A stretch of DNA of 64,000 nt from assembly GCA_030390025.1 (NCBI GenBank), contig CM059432.1:86864001-86928000 (forward strand), given 5' to 3'. The notes under the pieces were generated by a model. The model saw only the letters and a program-made list of their open reading frames with translations. It was not told the DNA's origin and made no database searches. Position numbers and translations under genes: made by a program. This stretch comes from Squalus acanthias (taxonomy: Eukaryota). How positions within the stretch are numbered: position 1 is the stretch's first letter; each line of letters opens with the position of its first letter. Shown one piece after another: positions 13,381 through 25,539 of the stretch.

Positions 13381-13916
13381 TGGCCCAGATTTTGCGGTCA
13401 GCAGCGAAGCAATGGCGCTCACCGTTCATCACATGGACAGCTGCCCACAAACTTTTAGCAAGCTTTTAAGCAGCAACTTGTGCTATTTAGAGATCATTTC
13501 CAGCATGGCACCCTCTTCCAGGGAATCTGGGGGGTCTGTGAGCAGAGCACCAAACAGCGAGGCTCTTCAACCAATCAGGTTGAAGAATCCTCACTGAGAC
13601 ACACAGAGTCTAAACCAGGAAGTATAAATTAGATTTAATTCAATGTAAAATCATATACAGTAAGCTAAATAATGATTGGAAAAGAAAGATGGGATTAAGA
13701 GAGAGAGAGATATAAAGAGACAGAGAAAAAGTTTTTTTTTTTTAAGTAATTTTTACAGCGCAGCCTGTGGAGGAGCGGGGTATCTCTGACAGTAACTTCC
13801 GGTATTCTGCGTTCAAACGCGCATGTGATGACGGCGGAAATTGCTGTCCAATTTACTCCGTAATAACAGTGAGCGCCATTAGCCTCACCGTTATATTTAA
13901 TGCAAAATCCGGACCA
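13381..13916. mobile_element. Non-autonomous TIR element (Harbinger/PIF-like MITE)
   Basis: Ends TGGCCCAGATTTTGC ... GCAAAATCCGGACCA form a 13/15 inverted match, with an A-rich centre. Related sequence lies at 41640-42990. Confidence 0.6.
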
Positions 13917-14503
13917 ATAGGTTTAGAAATATTACAGGGTCAACAGTTAAGTACTGAAAATAATTGAATAATGTATGGAATAATTTGTACACATATATAT
14001 GGTGAGAAATAGCACAATACATGGTTCATTGCATTCCTAGAAACACCCAATAACCTGAAGAAAGTCACTAGTGCATTTAAGGAATCTTCCTCACAAGCAA
14101 AATAAACTGGAGTAATCTGATGTTTCCTTTTTCTTTAATACTTCTGCATAATAAATAGAATGAACAAAGTTTCATTTTTCCCCATTTGTTTAGGAATCTC
14201 TCCTCAACTCTTTCCAAAAGTACTGGTCTTCAGCTTGAACATTTTGCCATCGTGCTCGCTAGTTAGTTAGTTTCCATATTCCAGGCTAAATGCATGATAC
14301 TATCATTGAAAGAGAGCACATTTAAAGCTAGAGTTTCAATGTTATCACAATCATCAAATCACACGTCATTTAATGCAAAGAAAGCATGCAACAGATTTTT
14401 ATTTTGGTCGGCTAGCTTCTGATATATATGGAAACCCATCACCATATTCAAGAGTCTTCAAATCAAGCTGAGACAGGGACACACATCATTTACCAAGGGA
14501 TAT

Positions 14504-15193
14504 TGGGCCATATTTTCCGATCGGAGGCTTCCCGCACTTACCTGAGGGCTCCCGAGGTGCGTATAGTTCCGATGCTGGGCCTCTCCAACTCGAAATGTGC
14601 AGGGCCCACGTATCCCAGAGGCGCATGCGGTTCGCAAGCATCCCTGGGATCACGTAGGCCATGGGGAGCCAATCAAAGAAGGGAATCTCCATTCATACAG
14701 TTGAGATAGACCTGTCAAATATATGAATGGAGATCACCCCAAAAACACCCTAAAACATTAAATAAATCTTATCACATTTTTAAAATTAGTTGAAATTACA
14801 ATAAATTAAATATTTTAAACAAAATTTTAATTTTTTTATGGGGCTAAAAATAAACTTACCTTTTTTAAAAAATATTTTTAAATGATAAATGACTGAAATT
14901 TTTTTTATTTTAAAAAAAAACTTTTTTTCAACTCTTATCCTGGTAAAAGCAGGCCTTACGCGTAAGAATTCTAAGGGTTTTCTGCGGGCGGAGGGTCTCC
15001 AGAAAGCGGAACTCTCCCCCCACAGAGGCCCTTCTCTAGGGCAGGCGCCCGATCTGTCAAGAGCATTCTTGACAGATCGGAAATGCCGGTTTTCAGCGCA
15101 TGCGCTGTGCATGCCTGAAACTGGCATTTCCAATGTCCCTACGGGTGGGTACACAGCGCATACCCATCCGTAGGGATTGGAATATCTGGGCCA
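14504..15193. mobile_element. Non-autonomous TIR element (Harbinger/PIF-like MITE)
   Basis: Ends TGGGCCATATTTTCCGATC ... GATTGGAATATCTGGGCCA form a 15/19 inverted match, with GC-rich arms and an AT-rich core. Confidence 0.55.
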
Positions 15194-16984
15194 TTAGGTG
15201 CAGACTGCCAACAGCCCAGGCTGCAGTGATCCAGAGGTGTGCACCTAGTATTGATGGAGTTCAATCAGCTAAAATCAAACAGTCCACTAGCACAGTTAAG
15301 TTTCCCACTGTTAGCCCAGCCGCGACCACCCTACCCATTAAGGTGTTGGCTTGCAGGATTATCTGTAGCCAAATGGGAAGAATCCTAGGTCCGAGTGACT
15401 AGTCTACCCCTCCAGTTCCCATTAATGAGCTAGACTGGCTGGTGAAATATCCACAACAACCTGCAGTATTGCCAAATGTACCACTGAAGATCAACTGTTC
15501 TAATCTTCCACCACCAGGATTCTCATTTTGGAGCCATCTCATCTCTCGCTGCACCCCTCCCTTAAAAAGACACTAATCATTAGATAACCGAATATCGTAG
15601 GTTTTAACCCTTACTAGGCAGACAGCAGATACCAAGAGGTCCTCGACTGTCATGCTGAGTAGTATATTTTATTATAAATTTCAAGTCAGCCTTAAGTCAT
15701 GCCCTTGGGTACAGCAATGTTGGTCACTCCCATAACCAGTCCAATCGTCTTACATTCAGGAGTGTACTTTTACTGCCAATATCTAATTATACAATAGTAT
15801 AACCCGGGGGGGGGGGGGGGTGTAACAATTAGGACCCCCTTGTGATTTAACTACATAGAGGGAGGTAATTTTCACCACCACCACGGCGGCGATAATCTGA
15901 AGTGGATTGGCTGCCTGTTTTAGAACCCGTCCAATTTTCATCCCTTTGATTTCATCTGCTGTTACTGCATAACTGGGCAACTTGTACCTTAAGAGCTCAC
16001 AAGGCTTCCCGATTTGCATCACAGGATTTCTAAGATCGGCAATGGTTTGCCTGTCTTACTGTCTTCAGATCTCAGACTTCTGTTTGGTTGCCCCCTCCAA
16101 CCTCGCCCAAGGAAAGCTGCGCCCCTGGCCGCACGCAATGGCTTCCCTGTGCTATTAAATGAGTATTTGACTGCAATGGCTATCACAATCTAGCTCAATC
16201 CTGTCTTGTTGTGCACTTCAAGTAGACATTCAATGAAAAGCAAACTTGATCAGCAATGATAGCCATCAAATGCAGCACGTCTACCTCTCCAGCTGAGATC
16301 TGTTAACTCAGCACAGATTGAACTTGGAATCTGGTTCATCTACATGGCTCAGCTATTCAAGAAATTTACTTAAACAAATTCAATTGATACTCAATGTTAT
16401 AATTCGGGCAGTTTGCTAACATTTCAAATTCAAGCAGTTTCCCAAAGCAGACCAGCTTCTCCTATGAACTGAAGGTTGCTTGCATGCACATGAATGGGAT
16501 AGCATGCTACATCAGCTTCCTGCCACTCTCCTGTCTGTTTTGAAAGGCTGAAAACACCAGTCAAAGCTGTTACATTCATGCTAAACTAAATTGCAATTTC
16601 TTTTTACAAGTAATTATAATCACAAACAGAAATACACAGCAAAAAACTAAAGTACCAATTTTGCTAAAGCAACAAAGATTCAATCAGGCCACAAGTGCTT
16701 AATTAATTAAAAAGTACAACTGCTGGAAATCTGCAACAAAAAAATACAAGAAATACACAACGTAATCAGCATTTTTAAAGAGAAATGACAAGTTAATATT
16801 TTGGGTATAACCAATCAGAATTACAAAGTTTAACTGGTTATTCATCGAATTGCTGTTTGAGCATCATTGTCTCTTTCACATTTGCCAATACAACAATCCC
16901 TGCACGTCAGCAGTAATTAATGTGCAAAACACTCAGACATTTCAAAACAATGTTGTTTGTCTCATTTAAGTCCAGGACCCAGAA

Positions 16985-17457
16985 AAAGAAAAAAGAAAAA
17001 AACTTGCATTTATATAGCATTTTTCACAACCCCAGAATATCCCAGAGCGCTTTACAGTCAATGAAGTATTTGAAAGTGTAGTCACTGTTGTAATGTAGAA
17101 AACGTATCAGCCAATTTGCATACAGTAAAGTCCTACAAACAGCGGTGAGATTAATGGCCAGATTGGATTTTTTTTTTTTAAAGATGCTGGTTGAGGGACG
17201 TATGTTGGCCAGGACACCAGGAGAACTCCCCAGCTCCTCTTCAAATAGTGCCGTGGGATCTTTTACATTCACCCGAGGAGGCAGATGGGGTCTCAGATTA
17301 ACGTCTCATCTGAAAGATGGCATCTCCAACAATGCAGCACCCTCTCAGTACTGCACTAAAGTGCCAGCCCAGATTATGTGCTCAAGACTGTGGAGTGGGG
17401 CTTGAACTCAATGACCTTCCGACTCAGAAGTGAGAATGCTACCACAGGCAATGCCAA
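16985..17457 (-). mobile_element. SacSINE1/Deu-domain-type tRNA-derived SINE
   Basis: tRNA-like head at the right end, a Deu-type body (ctcttcaaatagtgccgtgggatcttttac) and an L2-like tail aacttgcatttatatagc. Family recognised from memory. Confidence 0.75.
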
Positions 17458-17519
17458 CACCCAAGGATGCATATTTAGTACTTATGCAAGAATTCCGAAC
17501 ATAAGTACACCTCCAAATG

Positions 17520-18885
17520 ACTTAGAAAATGTAATAGTAACTGCCAGGAGAGTATTACGATTCATGGGACACTGGCACCAGTACTGGGGAAAGAGGGAGC
17601 CATTAGGACGGGCTCCACTTAAACCGGGCTGGGACCAGTGTCCTGGCAAGTTGAATAACTAGGGCTGTAAACTAAAAAGGGGGGGGGGAAATTTTAGAAA
17701 TCTAAAGAGAAAAGTCAAGGCAATGGAGCAGTGCAGCGATTTGGGTAAAGATAAGCAGAGTGTGACAGGAAGGGACAGAGAGTTTAACGGTAATAGTGTA
17801 TCAGCAAATAAGGTGAAAGCAGGGAATTATGGAAAAATGTCAAATAGCCATTACAGAGATGTGGTTGCAAGGTGACCAAGGTTGGAAACTAAATATTTCA
17901 GGGTACTTGAGGTTTCGAAAAGATAGGCAGAATGGAATCGGAGGGGTGGTAGTCCTGATAATAAAGGATGACACAAGGATCTTGGCTTGGAAGATCAGGA
18001 AGTAGAAGCAGTATGGGTGGAGATAAGAAATAACAAGGCGCAGAAAACACAGGAGAAATTATAAATGGGGAATAAGGCAATGGCAGAGACTTTAAACAAA
18101 TATTTTATATCTGTCTTCACAGTAGAAGACACAAAAAGCATAACAAAAATAGTGGGGAACCAAGGGGCTAATGAGAGTGAGGAACTTAAAGTAATTAAGA
18201 TCAGTAGAGAAAAAGTACTTGACAATCTAATGGGACTAAAAGCCGACAAATCCCCTGGACCTGATGGCCTACATCCTAGGCTTTTGAAAGAGGTGACTGC
18301 AGAGATAGTGGATGCATTGGTTGTGATCTTCCAAAATTCCCTAGATTCTAGAACGGTCCCAGCGGATTGGAAGGTAGCAAATGTAACACCGCTATTCAAG
18401 AAAGGAGAGAGAAAACAGGGTACTACAGGCCAGTTAGCCTGACATCAGTTGTCAGGAAAATGCAGGAATCCATTATTAAGGAAGTGGTCACAGGGCATTT
18501 TAAAAATTATAATATTAGGCAGAGTCAACATGGTTTTATGAAAGGGAAATCGAGTTTAACAAATTTATTGGAGTTTTTTAAGGATGTAACTAGCAGGGTA
18601 GACAAAGGGAAATCATTGGATGTACTATATTTGGATTTCCAAAAGGCATTCGATAAGGTGCCACATAAAAGGTTGCTGCGCAAGATAAGGGCTCATGGAG
18701 TTGAGGGTAATATATTAGCATTGACAGAGAATTGGTTAACGGACAGTCATTTTCAGGTTGGCAGGCTGTAACTGGTGGTGTGCTGTAAGGATCATTGCTT
18801 TGGCCTCAGCTATTTACAATTTATATTAATGACTTAGATGAATGGACCAAGTGTAATATATCCAAGTTTGCTGATGACACAAAGT
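17520..18885 (+). mobile_element. CR1 LINE, internally deleted (ORF1 esterase remnant, EN, RT fragments)
   Basis: GHWHQYWG, KSPGPDGLHPR, SQHGFMKGK and DFQKAFDKVPH motifs. Confidence 0.85.
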
Positions 18886-19776
18886 GTGTTAATTACCAGT
18901 GTTGTGTAAAAGTAGCAGGTGCAGTATTAAAATTTTAAAATAACACTTTGCTTGAAATACTGATTTCAGCATTCCATTTCTAGTTTCCTTCAAAGTCTTT
19001 TGGAAAAGACAAAGAAAGTCTCAAATACCACACCCTTTAATTCAACTCAGAAACCTAGTAATGCATACTAGGAAAATCTGCAAGTTACATATGCTCAGAA
19101 GGCACAGGGTTTTTTCCAACTATTCAGGGAAAAAGTATGCAGTCGAAGTCCAGTCTTTTGAGATAAGCTGAGGCCTTGAGGTTAAATAAAGGACGGCAGT
19201 AAAAGGCACAAAAGACAATTTGATGGGTAACTGTAAACCGGTTATGAAATACGTATATTTTTACGTTTTTCTTTTAAGCGTTTTTGTGGACATATATTCC
19301 AACATGGTACCGTTAGGCACTGTAAACAGGAACTTCACATTTTGGTCAGTTTTCAGTTTACCCTATAGGTTCAGTTCTAGCCATGGTAATTAAGTAATTA
19401 TAAAAAAATTACAGCAAACTATTTGCAAATTTATATAGCATATACAAAATATTCCCGCTCATAAACATATCTGTATTTTGTCCATTGAACTTAAGACATC
19501 ATGCCTGCATGCACACAAGTATCACTGTTATATCTGTACCGGATTAGTCCGTGTTACATATTCATAAAACATCAATAAGTCAAAACTGAAGAGGTAGGGA
19601 AAGTACAAGTCAAACACAAGGAAAGTGAGTAGAAAAACGACCAATGAAGAATTACTAAGGGCGTACGAAACAACAAATCAAGCGTGAGTTGTCAGCACAA
19701 TCTAGCAATATAAAGTGAGAAGCTGAACATTGCTCCAAAAAAAAATTGAAAATCTTTTTGGCTATCAGCTTTGTTT

Positions 19777-20505
19777 CATAACATAAGAACATAAGAAATA
19801 GGAGTAGGCCATTTGGCCCTTCGAGCCTGCTCCGCCATTCAATATCATGGCTGATCTTCTACCTCATCTCCACTTTCCTGAACTATCCCCATATTCCTTG
19901 ATTCCCTTAATATTCAAAAATCTATCGATCTCTCTCTTGAATATACTCAACGACTGAGCATCCACAGCCCTCCGGGGTAGAGAATTCCAAAGATTCACTA
20001 CCCTCAGTGAAGAAATTTCTCCTCATCTCAGTCCTAAACAGCCGACCCCTTATTCTGAGACTGTGACCCCAGGGGAAACATCCTCCCTGCATCGACCCTG
20101 TCAAGCCCTGTAAGATTTTTGTATGTTTCAATGAGATCACCTCATTCTTCTAAACTCTAGGGAATATAGGCCTAGTCTACTCAATCTCTCCTCATAGGAC
20201 AATTCCCCCATCCCAGGAACCAGTCTGGTGAACCTTCGTTTCACTCCCTCTACGGCAAGTATATCCTTTCTTGGGTAAGGAGACCAAAACTGTACACAAT
20301 ACTCCAGGTGTAGTCTCACCAGGGCCCTATATAATTGCAGTAAGACGTCTTTACTCTTACACTCAAATCATCTTGTAATAAAGGCCAACATACCATTTGC
20401 TTTCCTAATTGCTTGCTGTACCTACATGTTAACTTTCAGTGATTTGGGTACAAGGACACCCAGGTCCCTCTGAACACCAACATTTCCCAATCTCTCGCCA
20501 TTTAA
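19777..20505 (-). mobile_element. CR1 LINE 3' end
   Basis: LEYCVQFWSP and LYSLEFRRMR motifs, with a (cataagaa)n tail. Confidence 0.88.
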
Positions 20506-21655
20506 TGGGGGCATCTACTACTAGATATAAGGTTAATATAAATTTTAAAATTACAAGGAAATTATTTTTTCTGTGTTCAAAATGCCTATAACAATGTTTT
20601 CTCAGAGGCCTGCACCCAAGTGCGAAACCTGAAACATGGGTTCAGACAGGTTTCCAGACTCATCATGATCAGCTGGAGATTCAAGCCAGCAGGCTACAGT
20701 TCCCATGCACCTATGCATACAACTTATAGAATACTTTTTCCCCAATGATGGACAGCAAGACTGACCATTCATCGAGCACGTCAGGACTGATGTTTGCAAG
20801 TTTTCCCCACCAATGGAAATTGATGAGAATGAAAAACACCAGCGAATTTTTAATGAAGTGAATTTAACCAGAATTTGTTTCTGTATGTAAAATCAACAAA
20901 GTATGAACTCAACTTTTTCTTCATTTTTTTCCTGAAAGAAAACAATGTAGGCATCATATTCAAAGGGATGTTTACGGAATGTTACAGGTATGAGACAAAT
21001 TAAACTTTAAACCACGCCAATTTCAAGAAGAATCTTCACATTTTGTAATATATTCTACATGGTTTTACTGCAGTTGGCTTTTAGTTAGTTATACTGGGAA
21101 CTCAAAAGCAACAGTTGATATAAACTGCTGGAAGGACTGTGCTACTAAAGCTTGGGGGGAAGGTATGAAAAAAAAGTCTTGCGTTTAAAATGTTTTGCTA
21201 AAAGTTTCAGCTTAAATGCACTAAGCACTGCTGCAGAGAAAGGAGGACAGATTCAAATAAGGGAAGTATTAAATATTTCTTGGTCTTCTTTATAAAAAAC
21301 ACATTTTAAATCAAAGATAGTAAAACATGGGTTTTCAAACTAGGCTCCCCAAGCTTTCAGATTTCTGACTTTCTTCATTTGCTAATGCATCATTTAAGTT
21401 GTTGTATATTAATAAAACATGCTTTCTGCAACAACAGCATTTCCTTTGAATAGCTGATGCTACTTTTCAGAAATTAGGATAGGGGTCCTCAAGAGTTTGC
21501 CAATATTTGTAGAAGGTCCTTCATAGAGAAAAGTTTGAAAACTGCAGTAAGTATACACTTCAATCCCACAGTACATGCAGAGATTTATGCATGTATGGTA
21601 TACTATGTAAGGGAACACAATTATTTACTTACTTGCAATTGGTAAGGAAATGCTA

Positions 21656-22019
21656 CAGGAAACTCTTTATTAACCGGCACCCAAATATCCGGAAATCTCT
21701 CTTAACCGGCAAAATTCTTGAGTAGGTAACCGGGGTTTTCCTTCATCTCTCGTTTAAAATTAACTTTAAAAAAAAAACGAGGCGTTTGCCTTGTATCGGA
21801 GCGTGTAGATTGGGAGGGGAATGTGCAGCCCGGGTAGGCAGCGGACACGACAGATGGTCAAGCTGGCGGTCCCCGGGGAGACAGAGCTCCGAATGCAGGC
21901 TCATGTCAATGTGTACGGGGCTCTCGTACGTTGGGAGATATAACTCTCCATTATCCGGACTTTTTGATTAACCGGCACCACGCCGGTCCCGTCGGTGCCG
22001 GTTAATAAAGAGTTTCCTG
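21656..22019 (+). mobile_element. Tigger/pogo-type MITE (364 bp)
   Basis: Perfect 26-bp TIR CAGGAAACTCTTTATTAACCGGCACC with TA on both flanks. Subterminal sequence is shared with the 28966-31711 element. Confidence 0.93.
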
Positions 22020-22279
22020 TATATTGATTATTTCAGGTACCAATTTACTTCAGTGTCTTTGGGAAGACAAAAATCTATTTAAATTCTCCCCACTTTCACA
22101 CCCTAGCAGCCCATTGCAACAATGTAACCTCTGACTTACTGCAACCAATGCCATGAAATACCTACTAGTAGAATTATAAAAATGAAAATTGCCTAAATTG
22201 TAGGATAAAACAATTTTAAAATTACCCTTGCATGTTTCTTCTTGCACTCAGTTACTCCATGCAGCAATCTGTGGAAACG

Positions 22280-22956
22280 TAACCCTTATTGGAATAGTCA
22301 GACGATTCAAAATGGTGTCTGAAACCCTTCAGTATAACTAGCATGGGCACAAAATGGTTTCGTATAAGGGATGACTGCTTAAAGGTAACAATAGATGTTT
22401 TTAGTTTCGAAAAGATAGAAAAGAGAACTATAGCCTTATGAAAGGTAGATTTGCAGACCACGGCAATTTGCAGCGAGGGCAGTTTCCTCTAAACAGTTTA
22501 GATTTGCAAAACAATAAAGGTCATGTAATGCCTACTGTCATTTTATAAAAAACTAGTATTTGAGCTGTGTCCAATCAAGGGTCGACAACTTAAGTTGACC
22601 TAGGCCATAGTAAGCAAAACAATACGTATAAGTCCAGACGGTTAAGATAAACAAAATGGGCTTCGCTGATGTTGTATAAGTTGTTTTCGAAGGAATGTGA
22701 TTGGAGGTTAATGTGTGTTGCCAAGAGAAATTGTGTAAGACCTGCTGACTACGTCTTATTGAAGTGTATATAACCTGTAACTTTTGAGAGTCCTTAGTGC
22801 TTTCCTTCTAGCTGTTAGACCAGGTTCGGCTGAGATCTGATTAACAGGTAGAACCGAGTGCTCCGGCCGATACAGAATAAACGATTATTCTTTGAGAAAA
22901 CAGTGTTTGAGTTGACTATTGTCGAACCAGATTGACGCCTAAAAGAATGGATTACA
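22280..22956 (+). mobile_element. Possible solo-LTR-like segment
   Basis: TATA-like GTATATAA (~22765), AATAAA (~22876) and a ...GGATTACA end. The left boundary and TSD are not established. Confidence 0.4.
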
Positions 22957-23495
22957 TAGGATATACAGTACAGAAACAGGCCATTTGGCCCAACCAGTCC
23001 ATGCGGTGTTTATGCTCCACTCAAGCTTCCTCCCGTCTTTCCTCATCTATACTATCAGCATAACCCTCTATTCCCTTCTCCATTATATGCTTATCTCGCC
23101 TCCCCTTAAATGCTTCAAACTATTCGCCTCAACTACTCCCTGTGGTAGCGAGTTCCACATTCTCACCACTCTTTGGGTAAAGAAGTTTCTTCTGAATTCC
23201 CTATTGGATTTCTTGGTGACTATCTTATATAGATGGCCTCTAGTTATGCTCTTCCCCACAAGTGGAAACACTCTCTCCGTATCTACTCTATCAAAACCTT
23301 CATTAATTTTGAAGACCTCTATTAGGTCATCCCTCAGCCTTCTCTTTTCAAGAGAAAAGAGACCCAGCCTGTTCATCCTTTCCTGACAGGTATAACTTCG
23401 CGTTTCTGGTATCATCCTTGTAAATCTTTTTTGCACCCTCTCCAGTGCCTCTATATCCTTTTTATAATATGGCGACCAGAATTGTACACAGTACA
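22951..23495 (-). mobile_element. CR1 LINE 3' end
   Basis: YCVQFWSPYYKKDIEALERVQKRFTR...RRNFFTQRVVRMWNSLP. Confidence 0.88.
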
Positions 23496-23884
23496 ATCTG
23501 TCGGACAAAGGGGCAGTTCCACATGCTGGAGACTGGCTGATTGCCAAACTAGAATTACCTAGCATGGAGATTTGGTGTCAGTAGTGTATCAGCAATACCC
23601 AGTCAAACTGGTCCCAAGCACCGATTACCAAGTCAGGCGACAAAACTACTCTCGGAAACCCAAAAAGATCTTTATGGGAGGGAAGTTCATTGATAAAACT
23701 GATGTCTCTTAGAAGATAGATTCAACTTCATGTCTAAAGGAAGCAAACCAAATTTTTACAATTATTTTGATAATTTATGTATGCTGCTGGCTATCAAGGA
23801 GATGGTATGTAAAACCCTTCTATTTTTTGGGGGGGTGGAGAAGGAGGAGAAGAGGAAATGGAAAGAGATGAGATATTATGATGG

Positions 23885-23992
23885 GCTAGAACACTGCCTT
23901 TTTCATCTCTGGATCTGGTTTGAATTCAGTTCAGACTGATCAGGTGAAAATCTCTGCCAGCTGTAAAGCTTCTATACAAAACCAGTATGGGC
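23885..23992 (+). mobile_element. Old LF-SINE-like tRNA-derived fragment
   Basis: gcctttttcatctctggatctggtttgaattcagttcagactgat resembles the LF-SINE head as recalled; heavily decayed. Confidence 0.35.
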
Positions 23993-24053
23993 ACTTAAGA
24001 ATTCTTTTTAAACTATTAATAACCAGCACAAATCTTTATCTTAAAACTATGTA

Positions 24054-24521
24054 CAGGAAACTCTATTAACCGGCACCCAAATATCCGGAAATCTCTCTTA
24101 ACCGGCAAAATTCTTGAGTAGGTAACCGGGGTTTTCCTTCATCTCTCGTTTAAAATTAACTTTAAAAAAAACCCCGAGGCGTTTGCCTTGTATCGGAGCG
24201 TGTAGATTGGGAGGGGAATGTGCAGCCCGGGTAGGCAGCGGACACGACAGATGGTCAGCTGGCGGTCCCCGGGGAGACGGAGCTCCGAATGCAGGCGCAT
24301 GTCAATGTGTACGGGGCTCTTGTACGTTGGGAGATATAACTCTCCATTATCCGGACTTTTTGATTAACCGGCACCACGCCGGTCCCGGTTAATAAAGATC
24401 ATGATGTGAAGATGCCGGCGTTGGACTGGGGTGGACAAAAATGAGAAGTCGCACAACACCAGGTTATAGTCCAACAGATTTATTTAATTTTACAAGCTTT
24501 CGGAGCATAAAGAGTTTCCTG
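24054..24521 (+). mobile_element. Second copy of the Tigger-type MITE; right TIR interrupted by a Penelope fragment
   Basis: Nearly identical to 21656-22019 with TA flanks. It has a 2-nt deletion in the left TIR and a 9-nt deletion near the right TIR. Confidence 0.92.
24399..24506 (-). mobile_element. Penelope terminal fragment with 7-bp TSD ATAAAGA
   Basis: Reverse complement (gctccgaaagcttgt...ctgttggactataacctggtgttgtgcgac) matches 36382-36445. ATAAAGA is duplicated at 24392-24398 and 24507-24513. Confidence 0.85.
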
Positions 24522-24869
24522 TAAATAGAGGATTGATATATTTATCTAAAAGGCTATGAAAGTTCTGTCGTTTCGCCTACCTGTTGAGTAAATAACATTC
24601 CGAAGGTTCCAAATGTTTTTTCTGTTCCTACCATTGGCACAAATAATAAACTCTAGGTTTATAATTGGTTTAATAAAATGAGGTGAACTCGCTGTGATTT
24701 ACGGCAATTTATTGCAATGTCATACTATCATAGAAGACATTTCAAATCAGGAAAAAGACCATCAGTTCTGTTGTCATGGCTACAACTACAGAAACCATTT
24801 AAATTTAACAGAGTTATTAGTGAGTTGCAAGAGTCCAGCACACTGAGAAGACATGTAATTAAGTAGAAT

Positions 24870-25205
24870 TTGTCCTTGTTTTCAAATCCCTCCATGGCCT
24901 CTCCCCTCCCTATCTCTGTAATCTCCTTTAATTCTGGCCTCTTGAGCATCCCTGATTTTAATCGCTCAACCATTGGTGGCCGTGCCTTTAGTTGCCAAGG
25001 CCCTAAGCTCTGGGATTTCCTGCATAAACCTCTCCGCCTCTCTACCTCTCTTTCCTCCTTTAAGGCGCTCCTTAAAACCTACCTCTTTGACCAAGCTTTT
25101 GGTCATCTGCCCTAATTTCTGCTCATGTGGCTCGGTGTCAAATTTTGTTTTATAACACTCCTGTGAAGCGCCCATGTTAAAGGCGCTATATAAATACAAG
25201 TTATT
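24870..25205 (+). mobile_element. L2 LINE 3' end
   Basis: GGRAFSCQGPKLW..FKALLKTYLF, ending gcgctatataaatacaagtt. Confidence 0.85.
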
Positions 25206-25502
25206 GATCTGGAGTTGGCTTTCAGTTATGAGTTTCCAAGTCCATTTAGTATGGCAGGACAGTGGATAGCAGTATTGTACAGAACTTGCATTATGTGGGA
25301 GTTTTTGGAAACAACTGTGCCTAGGACAACCACAAGTGGAATATGCGCCTCCAAATGGATGCACTTAAGCTCAATGAGCTTAAGAAACATCATATTATAC
25401 AGAAGAAAAGGACCCTGGAAAACACATTGCAGGAAGTGGTCACCCCACAGTTAGTGAGGAATAGTGAGGTAGAAGAAAGGAATGGGTAACGAGCCACAAC
25501 AG

Positions 25503-25539
25503 AGTTAACGTTTCAGGTCGAAGACCTTTCGTCAGGACT
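25503..25539 (-). ncRNA. Minimal type-I hammerhead ribozyme motif (Penelope pLTR)
   Basis: Minus strand reads AGTC CTGACGA A AGGTC-TTC-GACCT GAAA CG TT AACT: intact core, 5-bp stem II and palindromic AACGTT in place of stem III. Confidence 0.75.
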
